A stretch of DNA of 63,696 nucleotides, counting the filler, from Asterionella formosa (Eukaryota): NCBI GenBank assembly GCA_002256025.1. It is 16 parts of 16 records of this genome, joined end to end, with 100 filler letters (N's around TTAATTAATTAA, not from the genome) between each part and the next. Parts side by side here need not be neighbours in the genome. Positions count along the whole stretch, not along the records: positions 11,997 to 15,891 come from NKIB01013846.1; positions 15,992 to 19,886 come from NKIB01013847.1; positions 19,987 to 23,881 come from NKIB01013848.1; positions 23,982 to 27,873 come from NKIB01013849.1; 12 more parts are not named here. One strand, 5' to 3'. The translations under genes were made by a program, and so were the position numbers. The notes beneath the pieces are model-generated. The model was given only the letters and a program-made list of their open reading frames with translations. It was not told the origin of the DNA and searched no databases. The number at the start of each line of letters is the position of its first letter. The first letter of the stretch is position 1. Shown here piece by piece: positions 11,997 through 24,123 of this stretch.

Positions 11997-13919
11997 AAGT
12001 ATCAAGTTCACGCTGGGTGGGAGTGGTAGTCTCCAAGAAGATGTTTGTTCCGCTGATCTGCAGCGGAATATCGATTTCCGTTGTCGAGATTGACAGCGGT
12101 GCCGCTTTATCGAATGGATTGTCGTTGACAACCACCCCGGAAAATCGCAATTGGTTAGGGTTGAGGCGGCTGTGTTCAAGCTTGTTGCCAAAATAAAGTC
12201 CCTCATTGATAATTAAAATGAAGGTCTCTCCGCTTTGTTGGAAAGTAAATGCTGTCGCTCCGCAAACAATAGGGATGTCTCGTTCTGGTTCGTAAGCACC
12301 TGCGTTGTATGGAATGACATCGCAGACACGTCCTGTAAAGTAAAGAGGTAAAAAATTACATACAAGAGCACAGGTGTCAGCGTGAGAGTCAAGTTCACAT
12401 TTCGCAGCGCGCTGGGTTAATTGTGTAAGTACAGACATCGATAATTGGTGAGGCGGGAGCGGCTTCCGATGCGAAGAACGAAATGCCGCTATCTCAAGTC
12501 GATCACTTTTGCTTCGTTTTGCGCTTTCACGCCCACCAAAAGAATTGCCAGCATTTGACTTCTTCGGCGTATCCGACTTGTCGTCATCGCATGTTCCGGA
12601 GTCGCTAACTGCTGCTGCCTTAATAGAACTAATGATGGCGGAAGCAAGTTGCTTTGTTGTCATCTCGGAAATGGTACGCTTCGATCCTCCTTGCTCTCCT
12701 TTCTTGTCGTGTTCCTTTCGGACTCGATCACGCTCCTCATATGAAAGCTTTTCCCATTCTGTTGTTGAGTAGTAAGTGGTTTTATGTGGAGTGGTTCCGC
12801 GGCTGGCACCGCGACCCTGGAAGCCACGACCGTCGCCGCGTCCTCCGCCACGATGTCCGCCATGGCCGGTTCTGTTTGTTGCGTTAATTCGTCTGGATAG
12901 CTGATAATCAGGCGTTTGTGACACCTCAGAGTTTAAATGGTTCGCTGCGACAGTAAAGGTAATACCGGTTGTATTGAGCTGGTATCTGAGTTGAGCGACT
13001 GCGGCAGATAAGCCGGAGCTCTGCACTTTGGACAATAGCTCGTCTACTTTCGCTCTCTCGGACAAAGGCTCGTTCTCTTCTTCGAAGATCATGAACATAC
13101 GTTGTAGTGAATCCAAGAACTTGTTAAAAAAATGCACGCTCGATCTTGTAGTGGAGGGACAATTGAATCTTCTTGGCGTCGGCAATCCTACGTGTGGAAT
13201 TTCCTTCGCCAGAGTACTAGTGCCGCCTCAACGCGACCATGTCCCTACGACCGTCCTGATAACGAGAGATGGAACGAATCCAATTTTCTGTCTGTTAGCC
13301 CTGTAGAAAACCAAGTAACAATGTATGCACACGTCTCGCATCCGCAATGTAATACTCACCGTTAAGGGGGGGCACGATGGATCATGCGCTCGTTGAATGA
13401 GCCATAATCGGCCTCAGCTTCGGGATCCTCCGCTTCTCTTACCACATAAGACAACGGTATGCCACTAACGCCAGGAATGACAGCCAAGTAGTTGATAAAG
13501 ACCTTTTACCACTCAGGCCACTTCCTCTCATCTTTAAATTTTCCCGGATTGGCAGCCTTGGAATTAGTAGCAACAAGATCCATGTCGGACTTCCTGATCT
13601 GCGCAAGGCTCAACGATTGATACAGAATCTCAACATTGAAATCGTTATGGTCCGGAACGTCGTTAACTCGATGGCAATCCTGGACCCAATGCATAACACC
13701 TGTCAATTTCTTTGTGCGTCCAAGTCCAAAAACAATCTTACCGTTTGCCATGCTACGCTTCCCAAATTCGTCCGCCATGTCACGAATGTCCTTTTCTACT
13801 AGATAACGGAAATCCTCAAACTCGCTAATACCTGCTGCCATGATGTTCGTACGTTCGACAGCGACCTCAAAGCCGATTGCCAACAGAAAGTGGGCGACTC
13901 CGACCAAGTTGTTCGCCAT
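11997..13919 (-). mobile_element. Diatom CoDi-type Ty1/copia gag-protease region, degraded
   Basis: ELDSHADT aspartic protease motif, LIINEGLYFG..LNPNQLR, gag KFKDERKWPEW and GIPLSYVVRE; stops and frameshifts. Confidence 0.85.
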
Positions 13920-14532
13920 GGTAATGAGTAGATTTGCTGGGAAAACAGAATGGTAGTAATTCGCAAACGCATGTCATCAGTGGATTCCCGCTGTAACGAG
14001 TAGTACTTGTGTGCAGGCAGCACAGATATGCCAATGCCGTCGTTGAGTGATCAGTTCAACTCCGGCCACAATTGCTATCTCTCGCTGGTCGTCTGCGGAT
14101 ACCCGTCGGTACGACTCGAGTGCAAACAGTCACTGACGCCTGCGAATGATCGTCATCATCCAAATTCGGTACGCACACGTGACACTACATACTGAATATG
14201 AAAAGTTCGTTACGAACACGGGACGCCAGACGCCTTGTCCTCGATGGTTCGAATTCGACGCTACTAATCGCTCGCACTGTACGCTCTTCTCCGATACAAA
14301 GATAACTCAAGTGGTCATCGGTAGAGGCTGGGTCTGATAAACCGAAAAAATACGCTACCGTGGTCGGCAGAACAGCTTACATGATGCTAAAGGAAAGAAA
14401 GATAAAGGTTGGAAATATAATCTTAAAGATATATATACCTACGCCGTTCTAGCGCATTCGCTGTCCAAGCTCGTACGCTGTACTATCGCTAAAGCACTCT
14501 AACGGCTAGTTAGTGCACTGTACCGTATGACA
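13920..14532 (-). mobile_element. 5' LTR and leader of the CoDi-type element
   Basis: Begins TGTCATACGG on the minus strand at 14532; highly similar second copy at 28638-29249. Confidence 0.7.
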
Positions 14533-14590
14533 TGGTACGTGCACCCATGCGCCCACACTGCACAGCAATATTCGTTCAAGCTTGGTATGC

Positions 14591-14620
14591 TTAGGGTCGT
14601 TCTTATCATTTTTTTTCGTG
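14591..14620 (+). mobile_element. Putative PIF/Harbinger left end (TTA followed by GGGTCGTTC...)
   Basis: TTA then GGG about 300 bp upstream of a Harbinger transposase; the partner end is not in the contig. Confidence 0.45.
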
Positions 14621-14887
14621 TATCACGGAATTTGAATTTTTTTGAAAATGTATCAGCAACGGTAACTCGATTTGAACTGAATTTCATTCATTCCAAAAGT
14701 GTCACTGTATCACTAATTTGTGATCACATTGTATCATGGAGTAAAATGAATCTTCAACGGCAACAGGCTGGCGAAGATCATGTGTATATCCCTCCAGAAT
14801 ATAATGATGGTCTTGATATCAAGCAACAACAAAATATAATTACCGGGAAACTAAATATAATATTAAAAACACACATTTGCATGAATC

Positions 14888-15891
14888 ATGTCGTCGCCAT
14901 TTGATTTACTTGATGATAATGACGATGACAGTAGTGATCTTGATTTCTTCTTCCTCTGTCATTTAACTAAGGAAGCAGAGGAAAAAGAACACTCATCCAA
15001 ACGACAAAGGCGACGCTGTAAACGGCAGCTTCAGTCATCTGAACGACGACGACAACGAAGGCACAAGTGGCACCACGAAAGAATCTCCTGGCAATCACAT
15101 GTCGAGAAACTCAATCACGAGATTGCTTTCGAGAAGACATACAGAATGTCACACAGAGCATTCAAAAAACTCACCTCCATGCTGGAAATTCAGATTGCAG
15201 GGAATTATTCCAAATGTGGCACTTCTGAGCCCATAATTCCCGAAATTGTGGTAGCCATTGGTTTGCGATGGCTGGCTGGTGGCAGTTACATCGACATTCG
15301 TCATGCCTACGGTTGTAGCATTGCTTCACTTTATCGATGTCGTGATTTGTTCATTGATGCTGTACTAAACTGTGAAGAACTCGAAATTATTTTTCCAAAA
15401 GAAAAAGAAGAATTTATCAAATTGGCTTCCAGCTTTGAATGCAAAAGCTCAGAGGGCGTGATGAGAGGATGTGTTGGTGCTATTGACGGCTTCCTTGCCA
15501 CCATCAACCGCCCGACTATAGTTGAAAGTGGCAACAACCCTGGTTCATTTTTTTCCGGTCACTACATGACTTATGGAATCAATGTCCAGGCTGTTTGTGA
15601 TGCTGACTCAAGATTTATTTATTTTGGTGTAATTGCACCGGGAAAATGCAGTGACCAAGTAGCTTTTGAAAAAACTTCCATTTTCGATCAAGTTGCAGCA
15701 TTCAACACAGGTTTTTATCTGGTCGGCGATGCAGCTTACACATTGTCTGATGTAATGCTTGTTCCCTTTGTTGGCTCACAACGTGATGATCCAACACAGG
15801 ATACATTTAACTTTTTCCTTTCACAGCTAAGGATAAGAATAGAAATGGCATTTGGTCTTCTTCAGACAAAATGGTGTGTTCTGAAAAAAAA
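14888..15891 (+). CDS. PIF/Harbinger transposase (DDE_Tnp_4 type), open to contig end
   Basis: GCVGAIDG, GINVQAVCDADSRF, LVGDAAY and FNFFLSQLRIRIEMAFGLL motifs; uninterrupted ORF. Confidence 0.93.
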
Positions 15892-15991
15892 NNNNNNNNN
15901 NNNNNNNNNNNNNNNNNNNNNNNNNNNNNNNNNNNTTAATTAATTAANNNNNNNNNNNNNNNNNNNNNNNNNNNNNNNNNNNNNNNNNNNN

Positions 15992-17500
15992 ACTAATGTT
16001 GCGTCTCTCTCCCTTCTGTTAGTGTCATTCTGAACTCGCCGGCTATTCCGTTTGATCGGTTTTATTGTCCTATGCAGTTACAGTAACAATGAGAAGGAAT
16101 GACTTGTTAGCTAGACATGTTACACTGACACAACATCACGCCATTCCATTGTATCCTCTTGCTTACTTCACTTACCACAGCCAAATCAAAGCAAGTGATG
16201 CATAAGTCTGTAATAGTAAATTGTCAATAAATTCTGGAAGAAGTAAGTTTCAGGTTGCTTTCCAATGTTGCCGAATAAAACTTACCGATTCATTTTCGTT
16301 AGCTTAACTTTGAGAGAAGGTGAACGTGGCGTGGTGTCTGTCAGTTAGCTATGTTCCATCAGAAGTGAATAGGTTCAACGACAATAGCACTTACCAATTT
16401 TGTTTTGTTTTACATTGGTGCTCCCCAACAGGCGAAACGAGCTGTTGAACCAACTGAGAAAAAAGGAAATGTGCGTTTAGTTTACAATTTGTTGTTGTCC
16501 TGCCTCCCAATGATTGTCATCCAAGTACCACATTGATGGCTTCATTACCTTAAACATACTCCATCCTTCGAAGGCGCAATGTGTCGAAGCCACAATGTTT
16601 TTCGATATGTATTGCATAAACTTTCCTTTCTTGTCATGTGCTTTACTACGGTGTTTCTTTTCATGAAGCAGGCATTGTTTGTGAACATGACAGAACGATT
16701 TCAAATCTATTTGCCATGTATATAGTTATAAAATTTGTAAATATTTAAATATATCAAGTGTCGTACATTTATAAAAAGCAAAGGCACTCTCAATATGGAA
16801 CGTCTGGTATTGTTGAGAGGATCATATTCGCATATAGATAATTCGAAAATATTCAATGCACGATATGTCCATGATTGTTTTCCGCGACTTCGTGTACCGG
16901 TACTGTTTTTTTGAAATTTGTTTGCATCAATATTTTCTACATCTGTTGGAACTAATTATTTAGACCATTCAATTGGTGTACTAAGTCATAGCCCATTTGT
17001 ATCATTATTTTACGCGAGGATTTTGGTAGCAAATTGTTTAAGCCCCTTTTTTGGGCGGGAGTTCTTCATGTGTACCGGTACATCATACCACAATAACATT
17101 TTATTATATATATACAGAATACCAGTAGCAAGTAGGAAGTGATATACTGGGGGTACCAGGTATTCAGAGTACCAGGTAGTAAGCGAGCAACAGAGCACCA
17201 CCATATGTTCATGACTGTTGCTACTACAGCAGGACAGTAAATCATCATAGTCTTAGGATTGTACGATCGTAAAATTGAAAGAGAGTAGTCGGAGTAGTAA
17301 GCGAGCAACAGAACACCATATGTTCATGACTGCTGCTACTGCAGCAGAACAGTAAATCATCATAATTTAAGGATTGTATAATCGTATAATTGAAAACAAG
17401 ATATGCTATTACTCAAACTCGGTTCTGATTTTGTATATGATAATGTAAATAGCACTGTTGGTTTTATGGTATCATATCTAGACAGCAGCGTAAAATATTA
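15992..17500 (+). repeat. Multi-copy non-coding repeat upstream of the orphan spliced gene
   Basis: Aligns with about 30800-31379 (+) and 53400-54875 (-). Confidence 0.85.
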
Positions 17501-17605
17501 TATGTATTGGCTGATGATTCATTTCATTGTAGCTTCCAACACCTGATTTTAAGATCATCAAACTTTAAGGAAGACAATGACAACAGTTATCTAGTAGTAC
17601 AAGCA

Positions 17606-19030
17606 ATGTCTTCAAAAAACCATCAAAAGGTGCATGGAAACAAGCGACATGTGGCAAATACTGCCGGTATTGAACAAAGTAGCAAGTACCAAAATGAGTT
17701 AACAAAGAAAAAGTGAATAGGCGATTATCCAAAGGAACCCAATCGGCGACAGGGAGTTAGTGGGGGTACTACCCCACCATCAGCTACTAGCACAAAGGAT
17801 CCCGTAATTGATACTGAAAGCAATGATGACGTTTTTTTTTCAGTTGTTGATACAAGAAAAATGGCTCCTGTTGATGATACCATTAATAACTCCCGGATGC
17901 AGATGGACAACATGGTACCATATATTAAATTTTCTTAGTCGCACGGACCAACAAGTACCTGACAAGCTGAGGGGAAAACATTTTGCACTTGCCAAAGGAT
18001 ATTATCAATTGGTCAATGAACTCAATCACTACAAAGGTCGTAATTCGGTTCAAAACTCGCTTGTCCATACGAGGTTATCAAGAATCTTCAATTTCAACAG
18101 CCTTATCAGAACGTCGTTCCCGCTTAGCTAAAGTGGAACCGATCCATCAATTGTCACAAAGGTTGTGAGTTTTATTTTCAAGACCAAGAAGTTTTGCTGT
18201 GAACATGTAAGTTTGAGGTGATAGTTCGTGAATTGCAGGTACTGTAAAACAGAATATCAATCTAATGTGCTTTTTTCTGGTCCAAAAGAGACTCAAACAT
18301 CCCGCCCTATCTGGTCCAGGTAGTAGTATGAAAGAAATTTCTAATCACAAACAGGATTGGTTTGCCCAATGTTGCCTAGCTCGGCTATACATTGTGAAAC
18401 CGGAGTTAGGCAAAGAATTGGAGAGTGACCCAGAGCTTACCGATTTCATATGGAATGGTTCTGATGCACTACTTCCGATGAAATCAAACCATTGAAAGTA
18501 CCAACAAGGCACGTTTAGATTATATTAATTCAACATTTGGTGGCATGTGCATTAAAAAGTTGAGCGAGAGAATGTCAGAATTATATTGAATAATCGATTT
18601 AAAGGAATCTTAGGTAAGTTCTTGCAGGGCAGGAGATGCTCTGCTGAAAGCATGATTTTTTGAGTCGGTGATTATATTCTATCAAATATGTTTGAATTTA
18701 AAATGGTAACATAATTCATGACACACCAACTGGTCTAACAGAATAAAACTTCCAGACTATGGATATTGATGACTCTAGCTATTAGGTGGGCGTTCACGCT
18801 TTATCATTTTGCGCACTCAAAAAAATTGATAGGGGAAGCCAAGCTTGTACCAGTCAATTTAGCCAAACGTTGGTCAACAGATGTCTTTTCAATTTGTCCA
18901 AAGCATTCAGAATTCCTTGGGATACCTTGTCTTCAACATCTGCTAGTATATCCTTGGCATACAAGACATCCTGAGCGAGGTAGATTGGCAAGCTTTTCAG
19001 TCTCACCGCATGTATACTTCTTACTCGTTC
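17606..19030 (+). pseudogene. Orphan spliced gene, probably a transposon accessory gene, degraded copy
   Basis: Paralogue of 51868-53341; GTAAGT donors at about 18207 and 18614; frameshifts; no recognisable domain. Confidence 0.6.
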
Positions 19031-19532
19031 TGACAATTCAAGTATATGGATACGAAATTGGCAAGTTAAGTGAACAAATTATTGAACAGATATTGGAGGG
19101 CTGTAATTTTGAGGATCACGTGTATTCCTATATAGTTATGCATATTAATATAGTACTAGCACGGATTCGATATATTCTGGTTCAATTCAGGCTGGTACCA
19201 GTAGGTCTATGGTGGTGCAATGTGGTGCAGCGACAATATGACGTCAGCAAAAACTGCCTTAGTTAAAAATTCATTATTGGTAGTAACCTATATATATGAT
19301 AAAAAATGCTTGCAATACTTCATTAGTACCGATATGTCCCATTAGATGTATGTACCGGGTAGCCTACGCCGTTGGCTAGCACAAAATACACATCTTACAT
19401 GAATCTGATCGCGATCCTATGTAGAAAATATCACTACGGTAGTGCAGGCCGTAGCACGGATTTTATACTTGGGTAGTCTGATGGTGCAATTTTGGTGTCT
19501 CTAAGTAATAGTGGTGCAATCGGTGGTTCAAT

Positions 19533-19770
19533 TGTGGTGCAAATGCCAATGGGCAGTTGAATTTACGAATAGTTTTCTCTTTTTCAACCCTGTTTGGGAA
19601 AAGTCCCGTAAACATACCGGTATACATGTTAGGGTTAGGGTAGTCTACTCGAAGTATTGTGGTGCAAAATGCCAATGGGCAGTTTGAATTTACTACCAGT
19701 TTTAGTTTTTACTGTTTCATCTCCCGTTTTGGGAAAAGTCCCGCATATCAACATACCGGTATACATGTTT
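19533..19770 (+). repeat. Diverged tandem duplication (about 125-bp offset)
   Basis: TGTGGTGCAAATGCCAATGGGCAGT...GGGAAAAGTCCCG...ACATACCGGTATACATGTT occurs twice. Confidence 0.8.
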
Positions 19771-19986
19771 CCCACACTCACAAAATTCCTTGACAATGGC
19801 GCCGCCTACAAATAATTCCTCGACAGTTGGCATTGTTGTCATTTCCATTCTCTATGCTATTGCGCTACTCCATCAATTGCCACTAGNNNNNNNNNNNNNN
19901 NNNNNNNNNNNNNNNNNNNNNNNNNNNNNNTTAATTAATTAANNNNNNNNNNNNNNNNNNNNNNNNNNNNNNNNNNNNNNNNNNNN

Positions 19987-20251
19987 CAAGACACGATTGG
20001 TAACACAAACAATTCCTTCCCAATTAGGACTGGTGGCTTCAATCCAATATTTAGTACGAACCGAAGGGATCCAAGCATTGTATGCTGGTGCACCAGCGCG
20101 AATGATTTGGAGTGGAGCATTTTCTGCAATTGGCTTTGGGACTTTTGAATTTGCCAAAACAGTGTTGGGGGTGCAACCATGCAGTAGTGGTAGTAGTTTG
20201 ACAAATACTACCAGTGGTATCACCTTTGTTCCGAAAAAATTTCAAAGATAA
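19987..20251 (+). CDS. Mitochondrial carrier family protein, C-terminal fragment
   Basis: GLVASIQYLVRTEGIQALYAGAPARMIWSGAFSAIGFGTFEFAK matches a third carrier repeat; 5' part lost at contig edge. Confidence 0.8.
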
Positions 20252-20723
20252 AAAAAGCAGCATAATAAGAATACTAATAGTAGGCTATAGCTATTTTCTT
20301 GTTGCCGACGCATTAAAATTGTGCTGCAACTGTTATGGAATTCTTTGCCTTTGTACAACCACCAGTGAAATCCAATGAATTCTGTCTATACCATTTGCAA
20401 CTGCTTGCGCTTGGGATCCGATCTATTCAGGAAATCAATTCTGTTCCACTTTCTTCAGCAATATTGCTTGGCTATGCACACCCCTCCTTGCCACCTCCAT
20501 TTTGATTGATTCCATGTGACCATATTCTACTGTGGTGCTTCAATATACAAAAAAATTGTCAATCAAATCTTATAGTACGTTAAAGCTATCCAATAATTCA
20601 CACTCGTGCCCAAATAAATGGACAAAATTAGTACCGGTTTTATTCGTCCGTATGGTACAACAGGACCTGTCTCCTCATCAGCCACACACCCCGGAACAAT
20701 AGGGACTAGAATAAAGGACCACA

Positions 20724-20790
20724 GGTGCATCATGCAGGAATCGAACCCGCCACCTCATGAGGTGTGATTACCACTAGCTAAGCCACTCCC
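20724..20790 (-). repeat. tRNA-derived SINE-like head or tRNA pseudogene
   Basis: A-box-like TGGCTTAGCTAGTGG, then GAGGTG and T-arm GCGGG-TTCGATT-CCTGC; anticodon and acceptor arms defective; related copy at 28104-28156. Confidence 0.6.
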
Positions 20791-21099
20791 TTAGCTACTA
20801 CTCTTGCCTCGTTTGGCCTCACCAGTCACAAACCCCACCAAACAAGCAAATCCTGTTCCTTTCCTTCCAGATATCTTATTATTTCATGAGATGGGGTGGA
20901 TATTTTGAATGAATCACTGTCCTATCATGACATAGATTCATGTGTCTGTCTGTGTGTCGGTGAATGCCTGTCTCGTGTTCTCTCTTTACTCTCTATCTCT
21001 ACAACAACTACATTAAATATGATACTCTAATCACTCCTTTTACATACCCCCCTTTAAGCTTTTATTGAGCTGCTTCAACTTACCTTATAGTTTCAACAT

Positions 21100-21700
21100 T
21101 GCATCATTGAGCTTTCCAGGGTACAATCCCAACTCTCCTCCATTTTTTTAGTAATACGACTACATCGCTCGGCAGTATGTAGCTAGTGCTGCTGCTGACA
21201 CCATGTCCTCTTTTGACACTGCAACTCCATTCGCTTGTCGCTTACCTGCCTCTCCTCCACATGTTTTCATGCTCAACTTTCTCTGTTATACCTGCTGGTC
21301 ACTTCACAACAAAATCAGTCAAATTCGCCTCTTCCTTCCTGAGGAAACAACTTTTGACTGCTTTGCACACCTCTGGCAGCACTTTTGTCAAACAACTGCT
21401 TGTTCCTACTCCCACAAGCTTCCTGTCCTTCTCAACCACATCTAGTTGTCTCATATTCACCTGGAAGAACACTAGACCCTCCAGAAAATCAAAGAAAATG
21501 TTTTCTATTGCTGCCACCCACATTCTCACCTGCCAATGGTCACCAAAGAAAATAAGAATTTCACTTTTCTCTGATGTCTCTACTGCATTGGCAATCCAAA
21601 CATCGCCTCTTGCAACTTGCAATCTATCATTGCCAATTCCAGCTCCTAATCTACCATTGGATTTATCATTTCATAAAGTATTGCTCAATTAATTATTGTC
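21100..21700 (+). pseudogene. Possible C-terminal relic of a Penelope-like reverse transcriptase
   Basis: Broken motifs HIHLEEH and QSIIANS/APNL, recalled as similar to the FxHLxYHP and IIAYSRAPNL ends of such RTs; heavily degraded. Confidence 0.3.
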
Positions 21701-21959
21701 AAAACCTGTAACCACTCCAATCACATATCTATTCAAGTTTTTCTCCAGCCCTGCTTTAAAGCGTTTTGACAACTTATTTTATCACTTCTAGACTCTACAA
21801 GCCAAGTGGGCTATCACCCACACTCACGCCTATTAAAGTTCCAGAATATTTTTCCTCCACAATCCAAGAGCCATATGGGCTCCATGCCCAACTCCAACAC
21901 CTACAATCCTGGCCTTCTGAGCCACAGTGCAACCCAACTAATCCACTGTAGTTGAGGCT

Positions 21960-23470
21960 CTATATTCTGTGATACAATCTCCGAGAAACTAAATCACTGA
22001 CCCTTGTCCTCTCTGCCTCCATGGTCCTAATTCTGCTCAATTCATCCTCTTCATATGTGTCAATAGAAAACTCGGAGGAGGAAATCAGTTTACTCACTTT
22101 CAAGGGCCACCCACCAGTCATTTCTAAGATATTTTCAGCATCACTCTCTTTAGCCAGTTCCTTAAAGGCGAGCTGTAATTCTTCCAGATCCATGCTGCAA
22201 CTGTGTTTATATTCCGTAAACCCAGGTCCAATCTCTTTGTCTGATGAAGCTGAAACGACGGAGACAATGTGGCGTCCTTTCATCATTCTTTTGATGGCAC
22301 TAAAAGGAAAGGGAATTGCACCCAGATCATTGCCTTTTGTTCCCTCGAATCGAGAAAGCAATTTGTTGCTCTCATCGAAAACTAGGACCCACTTCTTTTT
22401 CATACGTCGAAGAATCAAGTCAATGGCATTGACAAAAGTATCCAGGTTTGTAGACTTTTCATTTAAATCTGAGCCCATTGGCCACGAGAGAGCCGAGAAT
22501 GAAGTACCAAACGAACTGCAGATTGCAGTGTACAAATCGCCAACAACTACCCATTGATCACAGTCTGGAATGAATGTTACAAGGTACTCGCAGCTGCTGT
22601 CATACTGCAGCGTACGAACCAAGTTAACTAGTGAGTGAGACTTGCCAATTCCTTCCGGTCCCTTAATCATGATTCCAGTCCGACGGTTTTTGCTAAAGGC
22701 ATTGTCAACCATATTCATCATTTCCTTCACAATTTCAGGGCGAAATAAGATGCCCCTACTATCACAATCATCGAACAGCAACTCTTGGACATTTTCGATC
22801 CAGTAACTATCTTCGGGGGAAAAGGCGGATACAGTAGTAGGATCAGAAGGAGGTAGAGTAGGATTCGAAGGAAGCTCGTTCGGATCAATCTTGTAGATAT
22901 GCATTGTTTTTGGAACGCTTCGCACTTTCTGATCCGCCTTCAAGCGCTCGAAATGGATGTTGAGCTTCTCCTCTAGAAGCACTATTAAGGAGGCAACGTC
23001 CTGCTCACCATTTAGTTTCTTGCGTTTCGTCGCTCTTTGGACTTTACAACAGTAGCGAGTATATGTGTCGGATGGATGATACAAAATGATACGTGAGTAT
23101 TATGAGAGCAATACTTGTTTCTGCAGTGAAATAAAATACAATACAATGGCAGGTATTCCATGAGGTCAGAAAACGTACCAATAGCAGGTGCAACAATCAC
23201 AAACGTAACAGAATCCCCATTCAGATCATCAACACGACGTCTAGGATCCAAGGCTGTATCATCAGCTCCTTCAGGAATCGGCACTTGAGTTCCAGGTGGG
23301 TACACACGGAGCTGCGCTGAGGAAACACCTTGAAGGTTTTCACCACATTCAATCTTCACGGCCCCCTTCAAGTCGTCAATGTCATCATTCTGATTCAAAG
23401 TTACTTTTACGGGATCTAGTGCAGTGTCTCCAAGAAACAACTGGAACCAAACCTTTGTTGTTGTCGACAT
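21960..23470 (-). CDS. Crinkler/RHS-type protein: N-terminal Ubl-like header plus P-loop NTPase; exons 23470-23179 and 23041-21960
   Basis: Header VWFQL..DDIDDLKGAVK..QLRVYPPG..VIVAP; GTACGT..TAAAG intron joins the two ORFs in frame; Walker A GPEGIGKS and Walker B VLVFDE. Confidence 0.75.
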
Positions 23471-23725
23471 GATGATGGTGATATCTGTTAGGGATTACAA
23501 GGCAATGGAAGTGAAAGGGAGGAGAGGTGGAGAACCTTCTGTCAATCTAAGAACAATGGTCAGCAAATTTGTGAACAGAACATATTATGATGATACGGTA
23601 CCGGTTTTCTATGTATTGCTTGCTGTGATTTGCTGTCACGGTACTCTGGTCAGCGTGGATGTCTTTGTACAACAACTGGTCGTGATACCATTGCCAAGGC
23701 AGAATATGCTGTTACGGTCTACACA

Positions 23726-23846
23726 GTTTGGGTTAGTTTTAGGTTTTGATGGGAAGAACGCCTTTTGTTCTTCGATCGTGTCCATAGTTTGGGTTAGGTT
23801 TTGATGGGAAGAACGCCTTTTGTTCTTCGATCGTGTCCATGGTTTG
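23726..23846 (+). repeat. About 55-bp tandem duplication containing a GAAGAAC/GTTCTTC hairpin
   Basis: TAGGTTTTGATGGGAAGAACGCCTTTTGTTCTTCGATCGTGTCCAT occurs twice. Confidence 0.85.
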
Positions 23847-24123
23847 TACGATCCTATGTATCTGTTGAGTACACACCAATANNNNNNNNNNNNNNNNNNN
23901 NNNNNNNNNNNNNNNNNNNNNNNNNTTAATTAATTAANNNNNNNNNNNNNNNNNNNNNNNNNNNNNNNNNNNNNNNNNNNNTTTTCTCTATGATATGTAT
24001 GTAGTATCACATGCATGTCCTCGACTCAATCGTAAATGAACGCTATTTTATTTCATATTGGTTAGTACATCCCATTGCCGCTTCCAAACCATCGCTCCAA
24101 GATAGAACCAATAAGCACGAATA

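Noticed and set aside
14240..14270. GGTTCGAATTC B-box or primer-binding site in the CoDi leader
   Set aside because: No T-stem pairing and no TGG start next to a defined LTR end; cannot be supported
19629..19640. Telomeric TTAGGG repeat
   Set aside because: Only two units, internal to a contig
19796..19886. Possible gene start with hydrophobic leader (MAPPTNNSSTVGIVVISILYAIALL)
   Set aside because: Only 30 codons before the contig end; not joinable to the carrier fragment across the linker
20724..20790. Functional tRNA-Met (CAT)
   Set aside because: Only the T-arm pairs properly; anticodon and acceptor stems cannot form
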